DNA from: Rhodospirillales bacterium
GTDB lineage: Bacteria; Pseudomonadota; Alphaproteobacteria; Rhodospirillales; Casp-alpha2
Direction: 5' to 3'
Assembly: GCA_048263775.1 (NCBI GenBank)
Contig: JBLXDU010000005.1
Coordinates: forward strand, 76,953 to 140,952
DNA: 64,000 nucleotides
In this document: positions 26,243 to 35,621 of the stretch, piece after piece
Layout of the letters: the number at the start of each line of letters is the position of its first letter
Numbering within the stretch: the first letter of the stretch is position 1
The notes under the pieces: generated by a model
Databases searched by the model: none
Told to the model about the DNA's origin: nothing
Seen by the model: only the letters and a program-made list of their open reading frames with translations
Made by a program: the position numbers and the translations under genes

Positions 26243-27493
26243 CTAGGCGTTGTTGAACAACAGGGCGGCCACGGCCAGCACGCGGCGGTCGGCGCCGCGC
26301 CGGGCGATCACCTGCACGCCGATCGGCAGGCCATTGGACCGTGTCACGGGTACGGTCATTGCCGGCTGCCCCCCCAGAGTCCACAAGCGCTGCGGTTCGC
26401 GCGGGCCGGTGCCCTCAACCAGCAAGGGAGCGACATCGACCGTCGCCGGCATCAGGACCACGCCGTCGCCGATCCAGTCATCCAATACCGCGGCGATCTT
26501 GTCGCGCCCGGTCAGGGCCGCCGCGTAATCCGCCGCCGTCATCATGCGCCCACGGGTAATGTAATCCCGCACCCGGTCGCTCATCATCTCGCCATGGGCG
26601 TCGAAATCGCCGCCGTGATGCTTCGCCATATCATAGGCCAGCAGGACGTCGATCAACCCCGCCTCCTGAGCGGCGACACCATCGGGCAACACCCCGTCAT
26701 CGACCTCAATGTCTTTGGCACGCAGGTGATCGGCGACCCCATCAAGCGCGGCCATAACCGCCGGAGCCGCACCTTCGGGATACCACGGCCGCAGCACGGT
26801 CGCCGTAACCGGCAGGCCCACGGGCTCTCCCGCCACCACCGGCATCAGTACATCCATCAGCGCCGCCGCCACCTTTGGATCAGCGGCCAGAAAACCGACG
26901 TGGTCAAGCATGCCGGACAGCGGCATGGACCCGCCGAGGTCGATCACCCCCCAGGTCGGCTTGAACCCGACGCAGCCGCAATAGGAAGCCGGGCGGATGA
27001 TCGAGCCGATGGTCTGCGACCCCAACGCGGCCGGCACCAGACCGGCACCGACGGCAGCGGCCGATCCCTGTGACGAGGCCCCCGGGGTGCGCGCCGGATC
27101 GAACGGATTGGTCGTCGGGCCCGTCCGGGAAAGGGCGTATTCCGAGGACACGGTGATGCCCGCCACCAACGCTCCCGCTGCACGCAGGCGCGCCACGGCG
27201 CGGGCATCCGTCGCCGGACGGCGGCCGTCGTGAATCGGCGTGCCCCATCCGCAAACGTAGCCGCCGACATCAAACACTTCCTTGACCGCCAACAGCATGC
27301 CATGAAGCGGCCCACGCCGCATTTCCGGCAGGGCGTCGAGGGCCGCCGCATCGGTGCGCAAACGGTCTGCGTCGATGCTGCGGAACGCGCGCAGGGTGGG
27401 CTCGATCTCCGCGGCGCGGGCGAGGAACTGTTCGGCGGCGGCGGCGGCAATCCCCATCGTGTCGTTGGCCGGGTGGGGCGTGGCCTCAGTCAT
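26243..27493 (-). CDS. Amidase (amidase-signature family)
   Basis: AS-family Ser/Gly-rich block TPGASSQGSAAAVGAG and upstream K (LLAVKEVFDV). The ATG at 27493 (MTEATPHP) is preceded by GGGGGAGGGA. It lies 4 nt after the ABC ATPase stop. Confidence 0.85.
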   Translation of the reverse strand: MTEATPHPANDTMGIAAAAAEQFLARAAEIEPTLRAFRSIDADRLRTDAAALDALPEMRRGPLHGMLLAVKEVFDVGGYVCGWGTPIHDGRRPATDARAVARLRAAGALVAGITVSSEYALSRTGPTTNPFDPARTPGASSQGSAAAVGAGLVPAALGSQTIGSIIRPASYCGCVGFKPTWGVIDLGGSMPLSGMLDHVGFLAADPKVAAALMDVLMPVVAGEPVGLPVTATVLRPWYPEGAAPAVMAALDGVADHLRAKDIEVDDGVLPDGVAAQEAGLIDVLLAYDMAKHHGGDFDAHGEMMSDRVRDYITRGRMMTAADYAAALTGRDKIAAVLDDWIGDGVVLMPATVDVAPLLVEGTGPREPQRLWTLGGQPAMTVPVTRSNGLPIGVQVIARRGADRRVLAVAALLFNNA

Positions 27494-28313
27494 GAAAGGT
27501 CCCTCCCCCGCCTTCAAGCTTGAAGGACTTGGCCAGTTCCTCGTCGAGTTGGTCGTAGATCAGCTTTTCCAGGCGGCGGAATTCCTCGCCCGAGAAATCG
27601 CGCGGATGGGGCAGGTCGATCTTCTGGTCCAGTTTCACCCGCCCCGGGCGGGCCGTCATGACGATAACCCGCGACGCCAGATAGACCGCTTCCTGCACCG
27701 AATGGGTGACGAAGACGACGGTCTTGCGGTTACGCTGCCAGATTTCCAACAACTGGTGCTGCAGGAACCTTCGGGTCAGGGCATCCAACGCGCCGAAGGG
27801 CTCGTCCATCAGGATGATCGAGGGGTCCGTGGCGAACACGCGGGCGATGGCGACACGTTGTTTCATGCCGCCGGACAGCTCGGTCACGCGCTTGTCCGCG
27901 AAATCCTTGAGGCCGACCATATCCAGATAATCGCGCGCCTTGGCATGGCGTTCGGCCAGGCCCTTGCCCTGACGTTCCAGCCCGAAGGCGACGTTGTCGA
28001 TGACGTTGAGCCAAGGAAACAGGGCGTAGTCCTGGAACACCATGCCGTGATCGATATCGGGCTTGGTGATTGTCTCGCCGCCGACCAAGGCCTGGCCGGC
28101 AGATGGTTTGATGAAACCGGCCAGCACGTTCAACAACGTCGACTTGCCGCAGCCGGACGGGCCGACAAGGGCGATGAACTCGCCCGGCTCGAACTCCAGG
28201 CTGGTCGGGCGCAGGGCCTCGACCGGCTCGGAGTCTTCGGACTGAAAGGTGACCGCAAGCTCGGAGATGGAAATCCCCTTGGTGCCGCGATTCTGTGTCG
28301 TTTTGTCTGGCAT
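27486..28313 (-). CDS. ABC transporter ATP-binding protein (NitT/TauT family)
   Basis: Walker A GPSGCGKST, signature LSGGMKQR, Walker B ILMDEPFGALD. Confidence 0.9.
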   Translation of the reverse strand: MPDKTTQNRGTKGISISELAVTFQSEDSEPVEALRPTSLEFEPGEFIALVGPSGCGKSTLLNVLAGFIKPSAGQALVGGETITKPDIDHGMVFQDYALFPWLNVIDNVAFGLERQGKGLAERHAKARDYLDMVGLKDFADKRVTELSGGMKQRVAIARVFATDPSIILMDEPFGALDALTRRFLQHQLLEIWQRNRKTVVFVTHSVQEAVYLASRVIVMTARPGRVKLDQKIDLPHPRDFSGEEFRRLEKLIYDQLDEELAKSFKLEGGGGTFHD

Positions 28314-28314
28314 C

Positions 28315-29121
28315 CTACGTCCCCCAGGAGAAGCGGTCGTTGACGGTGCGGAACACGGCGTCGATCAGCACCCCCAGGATGCCGATGGCAACCATGCCGA
28401 CCAGGACCAGGTCGGAACGCAGAACCTCCATCCCGTCGGCGATCAGGTAGCCCAGGCCGACCTGGGCAGCGACCAGTTCAGCGGCGATGATCGCGGCCCA
28501 GCCGGTGCCGAAGGAAATGCGCAGGCCGACGACGATGGTTGGCATCGCGGCAGGCAGGATGACTTTTCGGAACAGGGCCCGGTCATTGTCGCAGCCGAGC
28601 ACCTGGCCCGCGCGGATCAATACCGGATCAACCCCCTTCACCCCCGAAACGGTATTCAACAGGATGGGGAAGAAGGTGGCGATGAAAATGATGAAAATCT
28701 TGCCGGTCTCGCCGATGCCGAACCACAGGATGGCCAAGGGAATCCAGGCCAGGGGCGAAATCGGGCGGAACAGTTCGATCACCGGATCGACCAGATGTTC
28801 GAAACGCCGCCAACGGCCCATGGCAAGGCCCAGTGGGATGGCGATCGCGGCCGACAACAACCAGGCCGACACCACGCGACCCAGGCTGGCGCCGGCATGG
28901 ACGAACAGCTGACCGTTGGCCACCAACTCGGCGAATGTCTTGGCCGCCAGCAACGGCGGCGGCAGCAGCGCGACATGCGCCTGGGTGAAGACGACCACCA
29001 TCTGCCACACGAAGACGATGAAAATAGCCGCCCATAGGTAGGGCAGGACGGACGCAGCGGTCTTGACCGATGTTTTCACGGGACATCCTTGAAAAAGCGG
29101 AGACAGAAGGCGCAACGGCAT
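28315..29121 (-). CDS. ABC transporter permease (NitT/TauT family)
   Basis: Six hydrophobic segments and an EAA-like loop (VDPVLIRAGQVLGCDNDRALFRKVILPAAMPT). Start uncertain within the first ~15 codons. Confidence 0.85.
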   Translation of the reverse strand: MPLRLLSPLFQGCPVKTSVKTAASVLPYLWAAIFIVFVWQMVVVFTQAHVALLPPPLLAAKTFAELVANGQLFVHAGASLGRVVSAWLLSAAIAIPLGLAMGRWRRFEHLVDPVIELFRPISPLAWIPLAILWFGIGETGKIFIIFIATFFPILLNTVSGVKGVDPVLIRAGQVLGCDNDRALFRKVILPAAMPTIVVGLRISFGTGWAAIIAAELVAAQVGLGYLIADGMEVLRSDLVLVGMVAIGILGVLIDAVFRTVNDRFSWGT

Positions 29122-29166
29122 CGGCGGCAGGTGCCAAAGGCGCCCGCCGCCGAACGCCTGGCTGCG

Positions 29167-30162
29167 TTATTGCTTGATCATTTCCAGTGCCTTCTTGGCG
29201 AAGCTGGGATCGAACTTCGGATTGTCATCGGGTTTGAGGATTTCCGCGTCCTTGAGAAACTTGGTATAGGCGTCGATGGTCGAGGCCTCGGGCGCCACGT
29301 CCAGGTTATAGACGGAGATGCCTTCCTTCAGCGCGTAGCGGATGACCTTTTCCGGGAACTTGATCTGTTCGGTCCACATCTTGATCGCCTCATCCTCGTT
29401 CTTGAGGATGAAGTCGATGGCCTTGACGATGGAGGTGATCAGGTCCTGAACCAATTCGGGGCGGGCAGCGATGAAATCCTCGCGGGCATAGACGCCGTTG
29501 CCGATGTAATGACCGGCCTTGATCGGCAAAATCTTCTCAGCCTTGATCAGAACCTTGGAATGGCCTGCCGCCAGCGCGTTGGAAACGTGCGGATCCCAGG
29601 TAATCCCTGCGTCGACGCTTTTGTTCGCCAGCAGGGTCGGCACGTCCGACCCCTTGGTCTTGAACAGTTCCACGTCGCCGACCTTCAAACCGGCATCGGC
29701 CAGCGCCTTGACCAGCAGCGGATACTGCTGCGATCCCTTGCCCGGAAAGGCGACGCGCTTGCCCTTCAATTCCTTCACGGACGTGATCGGTGAATCGATG
29801 GGCACCATCAGGGCGGTCTGCTCAAGGATCGAAATGGCCAGCAGCTTCGCAGGCAGCCGCGCGGAGGCGACGATGGCCGGGCCCATGCCGGCCGACGCGA
29901 TCTGAAGCTCGCCGGCGGCAAGTGCCTGGTTTTCCGGCGCTCCGTAGGAGAACACCTTGAACTCGATCTTGACGTCGTGCTTCTTCTCGATTTCCGCCAG
30001 CAGCCCCATCGCCTTGGCGATATAGATCGGCATGGTCGCGGGCTGGGTGCCGAAATTGATGGTGTCGGTGGCGTTGGCAGGGCCACTGAAGGGCCCCGTG
30101 ATGGCCGCGGCGGCGAATAGCCCGCCACTGACGGCCATGGTCTTAAGGAATTTCTGCAGCAT
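29167..30162 (-). CDS. ABC transporter substrate-binding protein (NMT1/THI5-like, NitT/TauT family)
   Basis: The ATG at 30162 (MLQKFLKTMAVSGGLFAAAAITGPFSGPANA signal peptide) is preceded by AGGGAGA. The track start at 30252 adds a basic non-signal extension. Confidence 0.85.
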   Translation of the reverse strand: MLQKFLKTMAVSGGLFAAAAITGPFSGPANATDTINFGTQPATMPIYIAKAMGLLAEIEKKHDVKIEFKVFSYGAPENQALAAGELQIASAGMGPAIVASARLPAKLLAISILEQTALMVPIDSPITSVKELKGKRVAFPGKGSQQYPLLVKALADAGLKVGDVELFKTKGSDVPTLLANKSVDAGITWDPHVSNALAAGHSKVLIKAEKILPIKAGHYIGNGVYAREDFIAARPELVQDLITSIVKAIDFILKNEDEAIKMWTEQIKFPEKVIRYALKEGISVYNLDVAPEASTIDAYTKFLKDAEILKPDDNPKFDPSFAKKALEMIKQ

Positions 30163-30314
30163 TCTCGCTCTCCCTGTGAGGCGTTGGGTGAACGACCGCT
30201 GCCGGTGCATTTTTTTAGATGTCTTTTTGCCGGCTCGGCCGATTTTCGACATCCGTCCTTGGATGACCAGTGCTGTCAGGATTCCTTGGGGGGGACATAA
30301 GTGTCAACGAAAAA

Positions 30315-30331
30315 CGTGACCTATTGTCACG
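30315..30331. promoter_or_regulatory. Inverted repeat CGTGAC-N5-GTCACG flanked by A- and T-runs: operator and/or weak terminator
   Basis: Seen directly. It overlaps the IclR stop codon (30327..30329) and lies upstream of the ABC/amidase operon. It shares the GTGAC/GTCAC half-site with the palindrome at 31154..31168. Confidence 0.3.
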
Positions 30332-31106
30332 ATTTTTTATCTCCCTCGAACAACGACAAGCCGATGCGCCCGGCCGCTTCGCGGAATGTGTCGATATGTT
30401 CGATGGCCTTGGCGATGGGAAAACGGGGTTCCGGCGCGTGCACGGCAAGGCCGGCGATGACCTCTCCCTGAGGGTCGCGCACGGGCACAGCCAGGGCGAC
30501 CAAACCGATGGCGTCTTCCTGGTTGTTGATGGAATACCCCTGGGCGGCGATTTGATCGAGGCTGGCTTCCAGCTGATCCGGGTCGGTGATCGTGTATTTT
30601 GTGAACTTGCGCAGCGGCGCCGTTCGCAGGATGCGGTCGCGGGCATCCTTGGGTTGATAGGCCAACAACAGCTTACCGATGGCGGTGCAATGGGCCGGAA
30701 CGTGGCTGCCCGCCTTCAATTGCACGCGCAGCGGCCAATCGCATTCCACGCGGTCGATATAGATGATTTCGTGCCCGTCCAGCATGCCGACGTTGCAGGT
30801 CTCCTTGACCACGTCGACCAGGCCTTGAAGGATCGCGTGGCTGGCGCGAGTCGAATGGGACGATGAAATGGTGTTAAGCGCGAGGGCGCGCAGCCGCGCA
30901 CCCGTGGTATAGCGATCCGTCCCCGGATCCTTGCGCAAAAGGCTGAGTTCTTCCAACTGACGGATCACCCGATGCACGGTCTGGCGCGGCAGACCAAGAT
31001 CACGTGAAATATCGACAATCCCAAGCGGGCGGATTTCCTGGGTCACCATTTCAAGGATGGACAGCGCCTTTTGGATCGCCGAATTGGTTTCCGGTTTGTC
31101 TGCCAC
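30327..31106 (-). CDS. IclR family transcriptional regulator
   Basis: 259-aa ORF. HTH IQKALSILEMVTQEIRPLGIVDISRDLGLPRQTVHRVIRQLEEL plus an IclR effector domain. Confidence 0.9.
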   Translation of the reverse strand: MADKPETNSAIQKALSILEMVTQEIRPLGIVDISRDLGLPRQTVHRVIRQLEELSLLRKDPGTDRYTTGARLRALALNTISSSHSTRASHAILQGLVDVVKETCNVGMLDGHEIIYIDRVECDWPLRVQLKAGSHVPAHCTAIGKLLLAYQPKDARDRILRTAPLRKFTKYTITDPDQLEASLDQIAAQGYSINNQEDAIGLVALAVPVRDPQGEVIAGLAVHAPEPRFPIAKAIEHIDTFREAAGRIGLSLFEGDKKS

Positions 31107-31153
31107 GGGTTGTCCTTATGTGCTGGGTACGGGCCTTCATATGACCAAAAATT

Positions 31154-31168
31154 GTGACACTGTGTCAC
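31154..31168. promoter_or_regulatory. Perfect 7-1-7 palindrome GTGACAC-T-GTGTCAC, candidate IclR operator
   Basis: Seen directly, about 50 bp upstream of the iclR start (31106, minus strand) in the divergent region with the DUF4197 gene. Confidence 0.35.
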
Positions 31169-31273
31169 GCAAAATGTTGACGACTTTGCGGCCTTGAATG
31201 ACCGCCTTAATTCCCCCGCCCGCCCCGTATCCGCGCTACCATGACACACCGAAGACCGCCCGAGGAGACCGCC

Positions 31274-32023
31274 ATGACCATGAAACAGCTTGCCGCCCTC
31301 TGTGTCCTGCTGACCGGGATCGCGGCATTCAGTCCGCCCGCCGGCGCCCAAAGCTTCTTCGATAAAGGCAAAGATCTGCTCAAGGGGCTCGGCGGGTCTT
31401 CCGCGCCCTCGACCGATGCCCTCAGCGTCACCGACATCGCGGCTGGGCTCAAGGAAGCGCTCCGCGTCGGTTCGGAACGGGTGGTCGGCACGCTCGGCGC
31501 GGCCGATGGCTTCAACAAATCACCTGATGTTCATATTCCGCTGCCCGGCACCTTGCAGAAGGTGCAATCGGCACTGTCCAAGATCGGCATGTCGTCGCTG
31601 GCCGACGATGTGGAACTCAGGCTGAACCGGGCTGCGGAGGCCGCCGTGCCCAAAGCCCAGTCCCTGTTCGTCGATGCCATTTCCGAAATGACGGTCGATG
31701 ACGCCAAGGGCATCTTGAACGGGCCTAAGGATTCGGCGACCCAGTATTTTCGATCCAAGATGTCAGCACCGCTTGCCGCCGACATGAAACCAATCGTCGA
31801 CACGCAGTTGTCGGAAGTCGGCGCCATCGCCGCCTATGACAAGATGATGGGCCAGTACAAATCCATGCCCTTCGTGCCCAACGTGAAGGCCGATTTGACT
31901 GATCACGTCCTGACCAAGGCGATCGACGGCGTATTTCTGTACCTGGGGCGCGAGGAAGCGGCGATCCGCGAAAACCCCGCCAAGCGCACGACCGAACTGC
32001 TGCAGAAGGTATTCGCGAAATAG
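31274..32023 (+). CDS. DUF4197 domain-containing periplasmic protein
   Basis: The ATG at 31274 gives signal peptide MTMKQLAALCVLLTGIAAFSPPAGA. LSVTDIAAGLKEALRVG ... GFNKSPDVHIPLPG ... GPKDSATQYFR are blocks I recognise from DUF4197. Confidence 0.8.
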   Translation: MTMKQLAALCVLLTGIAAFSPPAGAQSFFDKGKDLLKGLGGSSAPSTDALSVTDIAAGLKEALRVGSERVVGTLGAADGFNKSPDVHIPLPGTLQKVQSALSKIGMSSLADDVELRLNRAAEAAVPKAQSLFVDAISEMTVDDAKGILNGPKDSATQYFRSKMSAPLAADMKPIVDTQLSEVGAIAAYDKMMGQYKSMPFVPNVKADLTDHVLTKAIDGVFLYLGREEAAIRENPAKRTTELLQKVFAK

Positions 32024-32032
32024 CGCAGGGGC

Positions 32033-33391
32033 TTAGAGCTCGACCTGGTCGAGGTAGTCCGGCACCGTCGCTTCCCAATGCAGATGGTCTTCGATCTTCA
32101 TGCGCAGTGAGGACGCCGCCTCGGGCTCCCCATGCGTAATGAAGGTGCGCCGGGGCGGCTTTCGGAAATGGCCGAGCCAGCCGAGGATTTCTTTGTAGTC
32201 CGCATGGGCCGACATGTTGTGCAGGATGTCGACCTCGGCGCGCACGGGCCACAGGCGGCCGTGGATCTTGATCTCGTCCTCGCCATGGACCAGCCGCGCG
32301 CCCCGGGTCCCCGCAGCCTGGAACCCGGTGAACAGGACCGTGTTGCGGGCATCGCCGATAAAATGCTTCAGGTGGTGCAGAATCCGCCCACCCGTCGCCA
32401 TGCCGCTGGCAGAGATGATGATCTGCGGCACAGCCAACCCTTCGTCCAGGGCCCGCGATTCATCGGCCGTGTTGACGTAATGGGCGATGTGGCAGACCTC
32501 GGCGCAAAGCGACCCAGATAGGCGATGGTCGGCGCGGTGGTGGTTGAGAAGGCGCGTCGCGTTGATGGCCATGGGGCTGTCAAGGAACACCGGGATGTCC
32601 GGAATGGCCCCCGCCTGTTTCAACTGGTGTATGTGATATAGGACGGTTTGCGTCCGCCCGACGGCGAAGGCGGGAATGAGAATCGTGCCCCCGCGCCCGG
32701 CCGTCTCGCGGATGATGGCGCCCAGTTTCGCCTCCGCGTCGCTGTCCCGGTGCAGACGGTCGCCGTAGGTCGATTCCACCACCAGATAATCCGCATCGTG
32801 GATTTCCGCGGGCGGCACCATGACCGGATCGTCGGCCCGGCCCAAATCGCCCGAGAAAACCAAGGACGTCCCGCCGTCATCAATCCGCACGAAGGCGGAC
32901 CCCAGGATATGCCCGGACCGCGACAGGCTGACCGTCAGGCCGTCGCCGAGCGCCTGCGCGACGCCAAAGGGAATGGCCTTGAACTGATCCAGCGAGCGAT
33001 GGGCATCGGCCTGGGTATATAGCGGCAGGGCCGGCTTGTGTTTGGAATAGTTATGCCGGTTGGCGCGCTCGGCATCCGCTTCCTGAAGGTAGCCGCTGTC
33101 GGGCAGCAGGATGGCGCAAAGATCCTGCGTCGCCTCGGAACAATAGATCGGCCCCTTGAAACCGTTGCGTACGAGCAGGGGAATGTAGCCGCTGTGGTCG
33201 AGATGGGCGTGGGTCAGGATCACCGCGTCGATTTCAGTGGGATCGACCGGCAGCGGCGCCCAGTTGCGCAGGCGCAATTCCTTCAGGCCCTGGAACAGGC
33301 CGCAATCGACGAGAATTTTGCGGCCACCCGCCTCGACCAGGTACTTGGACCCGGTCACCGTGCCCGTGGCGCCCATGAATGTCAGTTTCAC
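32033..33391 (-). CDS. MBL-fold metallo-hydrolase with beta-CASP / RNA-specificity domain
   Basis: 452-aa ORF. MKLTFMGATGTVTGSKYL, metal motif LTHAHLDHSGYIP, and later beta-CASP-like blocks (ESTYGDR ... SAHAD). Confidence 0.9.
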   Translation of the reverse strand: MKLTFMGATGTVTGSKYLVEAGGRKILVDCGLFQGLKELRLRNWAPLPVDPTEIDAVILTHAHLDHSGYIPLLVRNGFKGPIYCSEATQDLCAILLPDSGYLQEADAERANRHNYSKHKPALPLYTQADAHRSLDQFKAIPFGVAQALGDGLTVSLSRSGHILGSAFVRIDDGGTSLVFSGDLGRADDPVMVPPAEIHDADYLVVESTYGDRLHRDSDAEAKLGAIIRETAGRGGTILIPAFAVGRTQTVLYHIHQLKQAGAIPDIPVFLDSPMAINATRLLNHHRADHRLSGSLCAEVCHIAHYVNTADESRALDEGLAVPQIIISASGMATGGRILHHLKHFIGDARNTVLFTGFQAAGTRGARLVHGEDEIKIHGRLWPVRAEVDILHNMSAHADYKEILGWLGHFRKPPRRTFITHGEPEAASSLRMKIEDHLHWEATVPDYLDQVEL

Positions 33392-33490
33392 TGCCGGATG
33401 CTCCCTGCCTGTTAGACAGTGAGCTTAACATTTTTCCACGGCGGCAGGAGCACGATAGGCGTCGCGGCCGACCCTGTCAGGCCGCAACGC

Positions 33491-33976
33491 CTACTTCGGC
33501 ACAGTAATGGTCTTCATACTGCAGAAGTTTTCCGACTGCAGTTTCAGTTCGGTCGGATGCGGCCCCGTCTGACACGACCCGCCGCCAGGCAGACAATGGA
33601 CCACGGCGTTGACTTTGTAGGTGCCGTTCAGGCGGCAGGCCTTGTTGGCATCAAGATGGATCTTAATCCTCTGCCGACACTTGCTGCCGGGCGCCATTTG
33701 AGGCGGGCAGGATTTTGTGTAGTCGGTCGCATCCTCGATCTTCAACAGCTTGATGTTGCGCGGCGTCTCGACATTCGTGACCTGGACACGCACGGGGTGC
33801 ACCACAAGATAGGTCAATTCGACCATGGAATCGATCATGTCTGAGTTGCTCGCATTGACCGAATTTATCTGTGCCGTGATGGCCGATTTGATGTTGTTGC
33901 CAGCCGCCTGGACCTGCGGGGCCGCTGCCAAGGCAAGGGCGGCAAAAGCGAAAAGCCCAAAAATGAAACGGGGCAT
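33491..33976 (-). CDS. Secreted cysteine-rich hypothetical protein
   Basis: The ATG at 33976 gives signal peptide MPRFIFGLFAFAALALAAAPQVQA. The mature part has 7 Cys. Composition is visibly AT-richer than neighbouring genes. Confidence 0.5.
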   Translation of the reverse strand: MPRFIFGLFAFAALALAAAPQVQAAGNNIKSAITAQINSVNASNSDMIDSMVELTYLVVHPVRVQVTNVETPRNIKLLKIEDATDYTKSCPPQMAPGSKCRQRIKIHLDANKACRLNGTYKVNAVVHCLPGGGSCQTGPHPTELKLQSENFCSMKTITVPK

Positions 33977-34084
33977 TGATCTCCTCCTCCGGTGATCGTT
34001 GTGCATCACATGAGGGGAAAATAGAGAAATCCATAAAAACAAACAATTAAAGCGAGTTATTTGATCGGGAATACTACTATGCGA

Positions 34085-34116
34085 AACGGCCCCACCGGTT
34101 GCCCGGTGAGGCCGTT
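34085..34116. other. Strong imperfect hairpin in a long non-coding gap
   Basis: AACGGCC(c)CACCGG-TTGC-CCGGTG(a)GGCCGTT: 13 paired positions with symmetric single-nt bulges. On the minus strand it is followed by TCGCATAGTAGTATT, which is only weakly U-rich. Confidence 0.35.
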
Positions 34117-34618
34117 CCAGATCAGAGATCCTTCATTCCCCCCGAAGGGGGCCCCTGGGAAAACTGACCGGGTTCTAGGCCTGGGGGTGAACCTTGCGGA
34201 CCACCCTTGTCCCCGAACCCATGTGAAGGATAGGGCCGGGCCCCACGCGCGGGCAACGGCGATTCGATCCACACCCCTGTGGAACATGGGGAAAATCTAA
34301 TGTTAAGCCAACCCGAGACGCCGCACCTTCGACCGCAAGCGCAGCAAACGAGGTTCCCCCATGCAGTTAAAATTTGTAATGTTCGCCCCCACGTTGCTGC
34401 CCGCAAAGGCCCGTAATGCTTAACCGTATTGTTCTGACCGTCGCCCGCCGCCTATTGCCAAACCTTGCCTATGCCGGTGCCGAAGATTGGTGCGGACATG
34501 GAGCGCGTGACCGCCGGGTCGTCGTCTGTGACTTTCAACCTGGGAATACGCGGAGGATTTCCGCTGCCCCAAAGGTATTCACCACTGATCGTGCCGTGCC
34601 TCAAGGGGTGAGGAATTG

Positions 34619-35503
34619 ATGGATCAACGTCCGTACAGCTATTCAATCGTCACCGCAGCGGACAGCAATTACTTCAGTCTCTTGGAAGGCATGATTTCCT
34701 CAATTCGCGCCCTGCCGGAGCCCCAAGCCGCCCAGGCGGCGATCACGATCCTCGACCTCGGTCTGACAGTGGACCAGATCAAGACTTTAACTCCACGGGT
34801 CACCGACATTGTCAAACCGGGTTGGGATTACGATTTCCCTGGGCGAAACCAAAAACCCGATGCTTACAAAGCCTTCACCGCGAGGCCACACCTACCCAAA
34901 CACGTGCCGGGCTACGATGTATATCTTTGGATAGATGCCGATGCGTGGGTGCAGGACTGGTCCGTGGTCGAGCTTTACCTGGACGTTGCCTGGAAGGGCA
35001 AACTGGCCGTCGCGCTTGAAGTCGACCGCTGTTATCAAACGAGCTTCAAATGGCAGCGTCCGCGCTGGAACACCCTGACCTTTCGTCAATATCGGCTGGG
35101 ATATGGCTGGCGGGTGGCCAACAAGCTAGGCCGCAATCCCTTCGTAAATTCAGGGGTCTTTGCCATGCGCGCGGATGCACCGCATTGGAAACTTTGGCAG
35201 GACGCGCTGGGACGCGCTCTGCGGCGCGTACAAGACGGCTTGGTGGAGCAGACCGCGTTGAATTACGTGATCTATCATCACAAGCCGCCGACGGGCCTGC
35301 TGCCGGCTTGGTGCAACTGGATGTGTATCACCGCGCCGCCCATGATTGATGCGGAAACAAAGCTTCTGGTGGAACCGCAACCGCCGCACCGGCCACTTGG
35401 CATCGTCCATTTGCTGGGACCGATCAAGGACAGGGTGTTTTCGCTGGAAACATCGGATGGGAAATGGATTAAGCGGACACTGCGATACCAGCCAAGAGCA
35501 TAG
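34619..35503 (+). CDS. Nucleotide-diphospho-sugar transferase, GT8-like
   Basis: YSIVTAADSNYFSLLEGMISSI (GT8-type N-terminus) and DxD motif YLWIDADAW. The ATG at 34619 is preceded by GGTGAGGA. Confidence 0.75.
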   Translation: MDQRPYSYSIVTAADSNYFSLLEGMISSIRALPEPQAAQAAITILDLGLTVDQIKTLTPRVTDIVKPGWDYDFPGRNQKPDAYKAFTARPHLPKHVPGYDVYLWIDADAWVQDWSVVELYLDVAWKGKLAVALEVDRCYQTSFKWQRPRWNTLTFRQYRLGYGWRVANKLGRNPFVNSGVFAMRADAPHWKLWQDALGRALRRVQDGLVEQTALNYVIYHHKPPTGLLPAWCNWMCITAPPMIDAETKLLVEPQPPHRPLGIVHLLGPIKDRVFSLETSDGKWIKRTLRYQPRA

Positions 35504-35621
35504 GGACTCGAAGCCTGGGGCTTAACCAGGGAACGAGGGAATTGGTTTCTCTGGTTATTGGCCTGCCCGTAGTATTCGGCTTTCCCGCCGTCGCGTGGTT
35601 TTCATTGAAGGAACGGTTCGA

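Noticed and set aside
34046-34415. Possible tmRNA (including the two-piece alphaproteobacterial form), RNase P RNA, a cobalamin or c-di-GMP riboswitch, or a group II intron fragment in the structured gap.
   Set aside because: I found no tag-like reading frame ending in hydrophobic Ala-Ala, no T-arm plus CCA, and no GGAAAGUCCGGGC core of RNase P. There is no B12 box in a sensible context and no domain V-like hairpin. The only resemblances, GAACCCGG and CGCAAAGG, are short and out of order. The region is left as unexplained.
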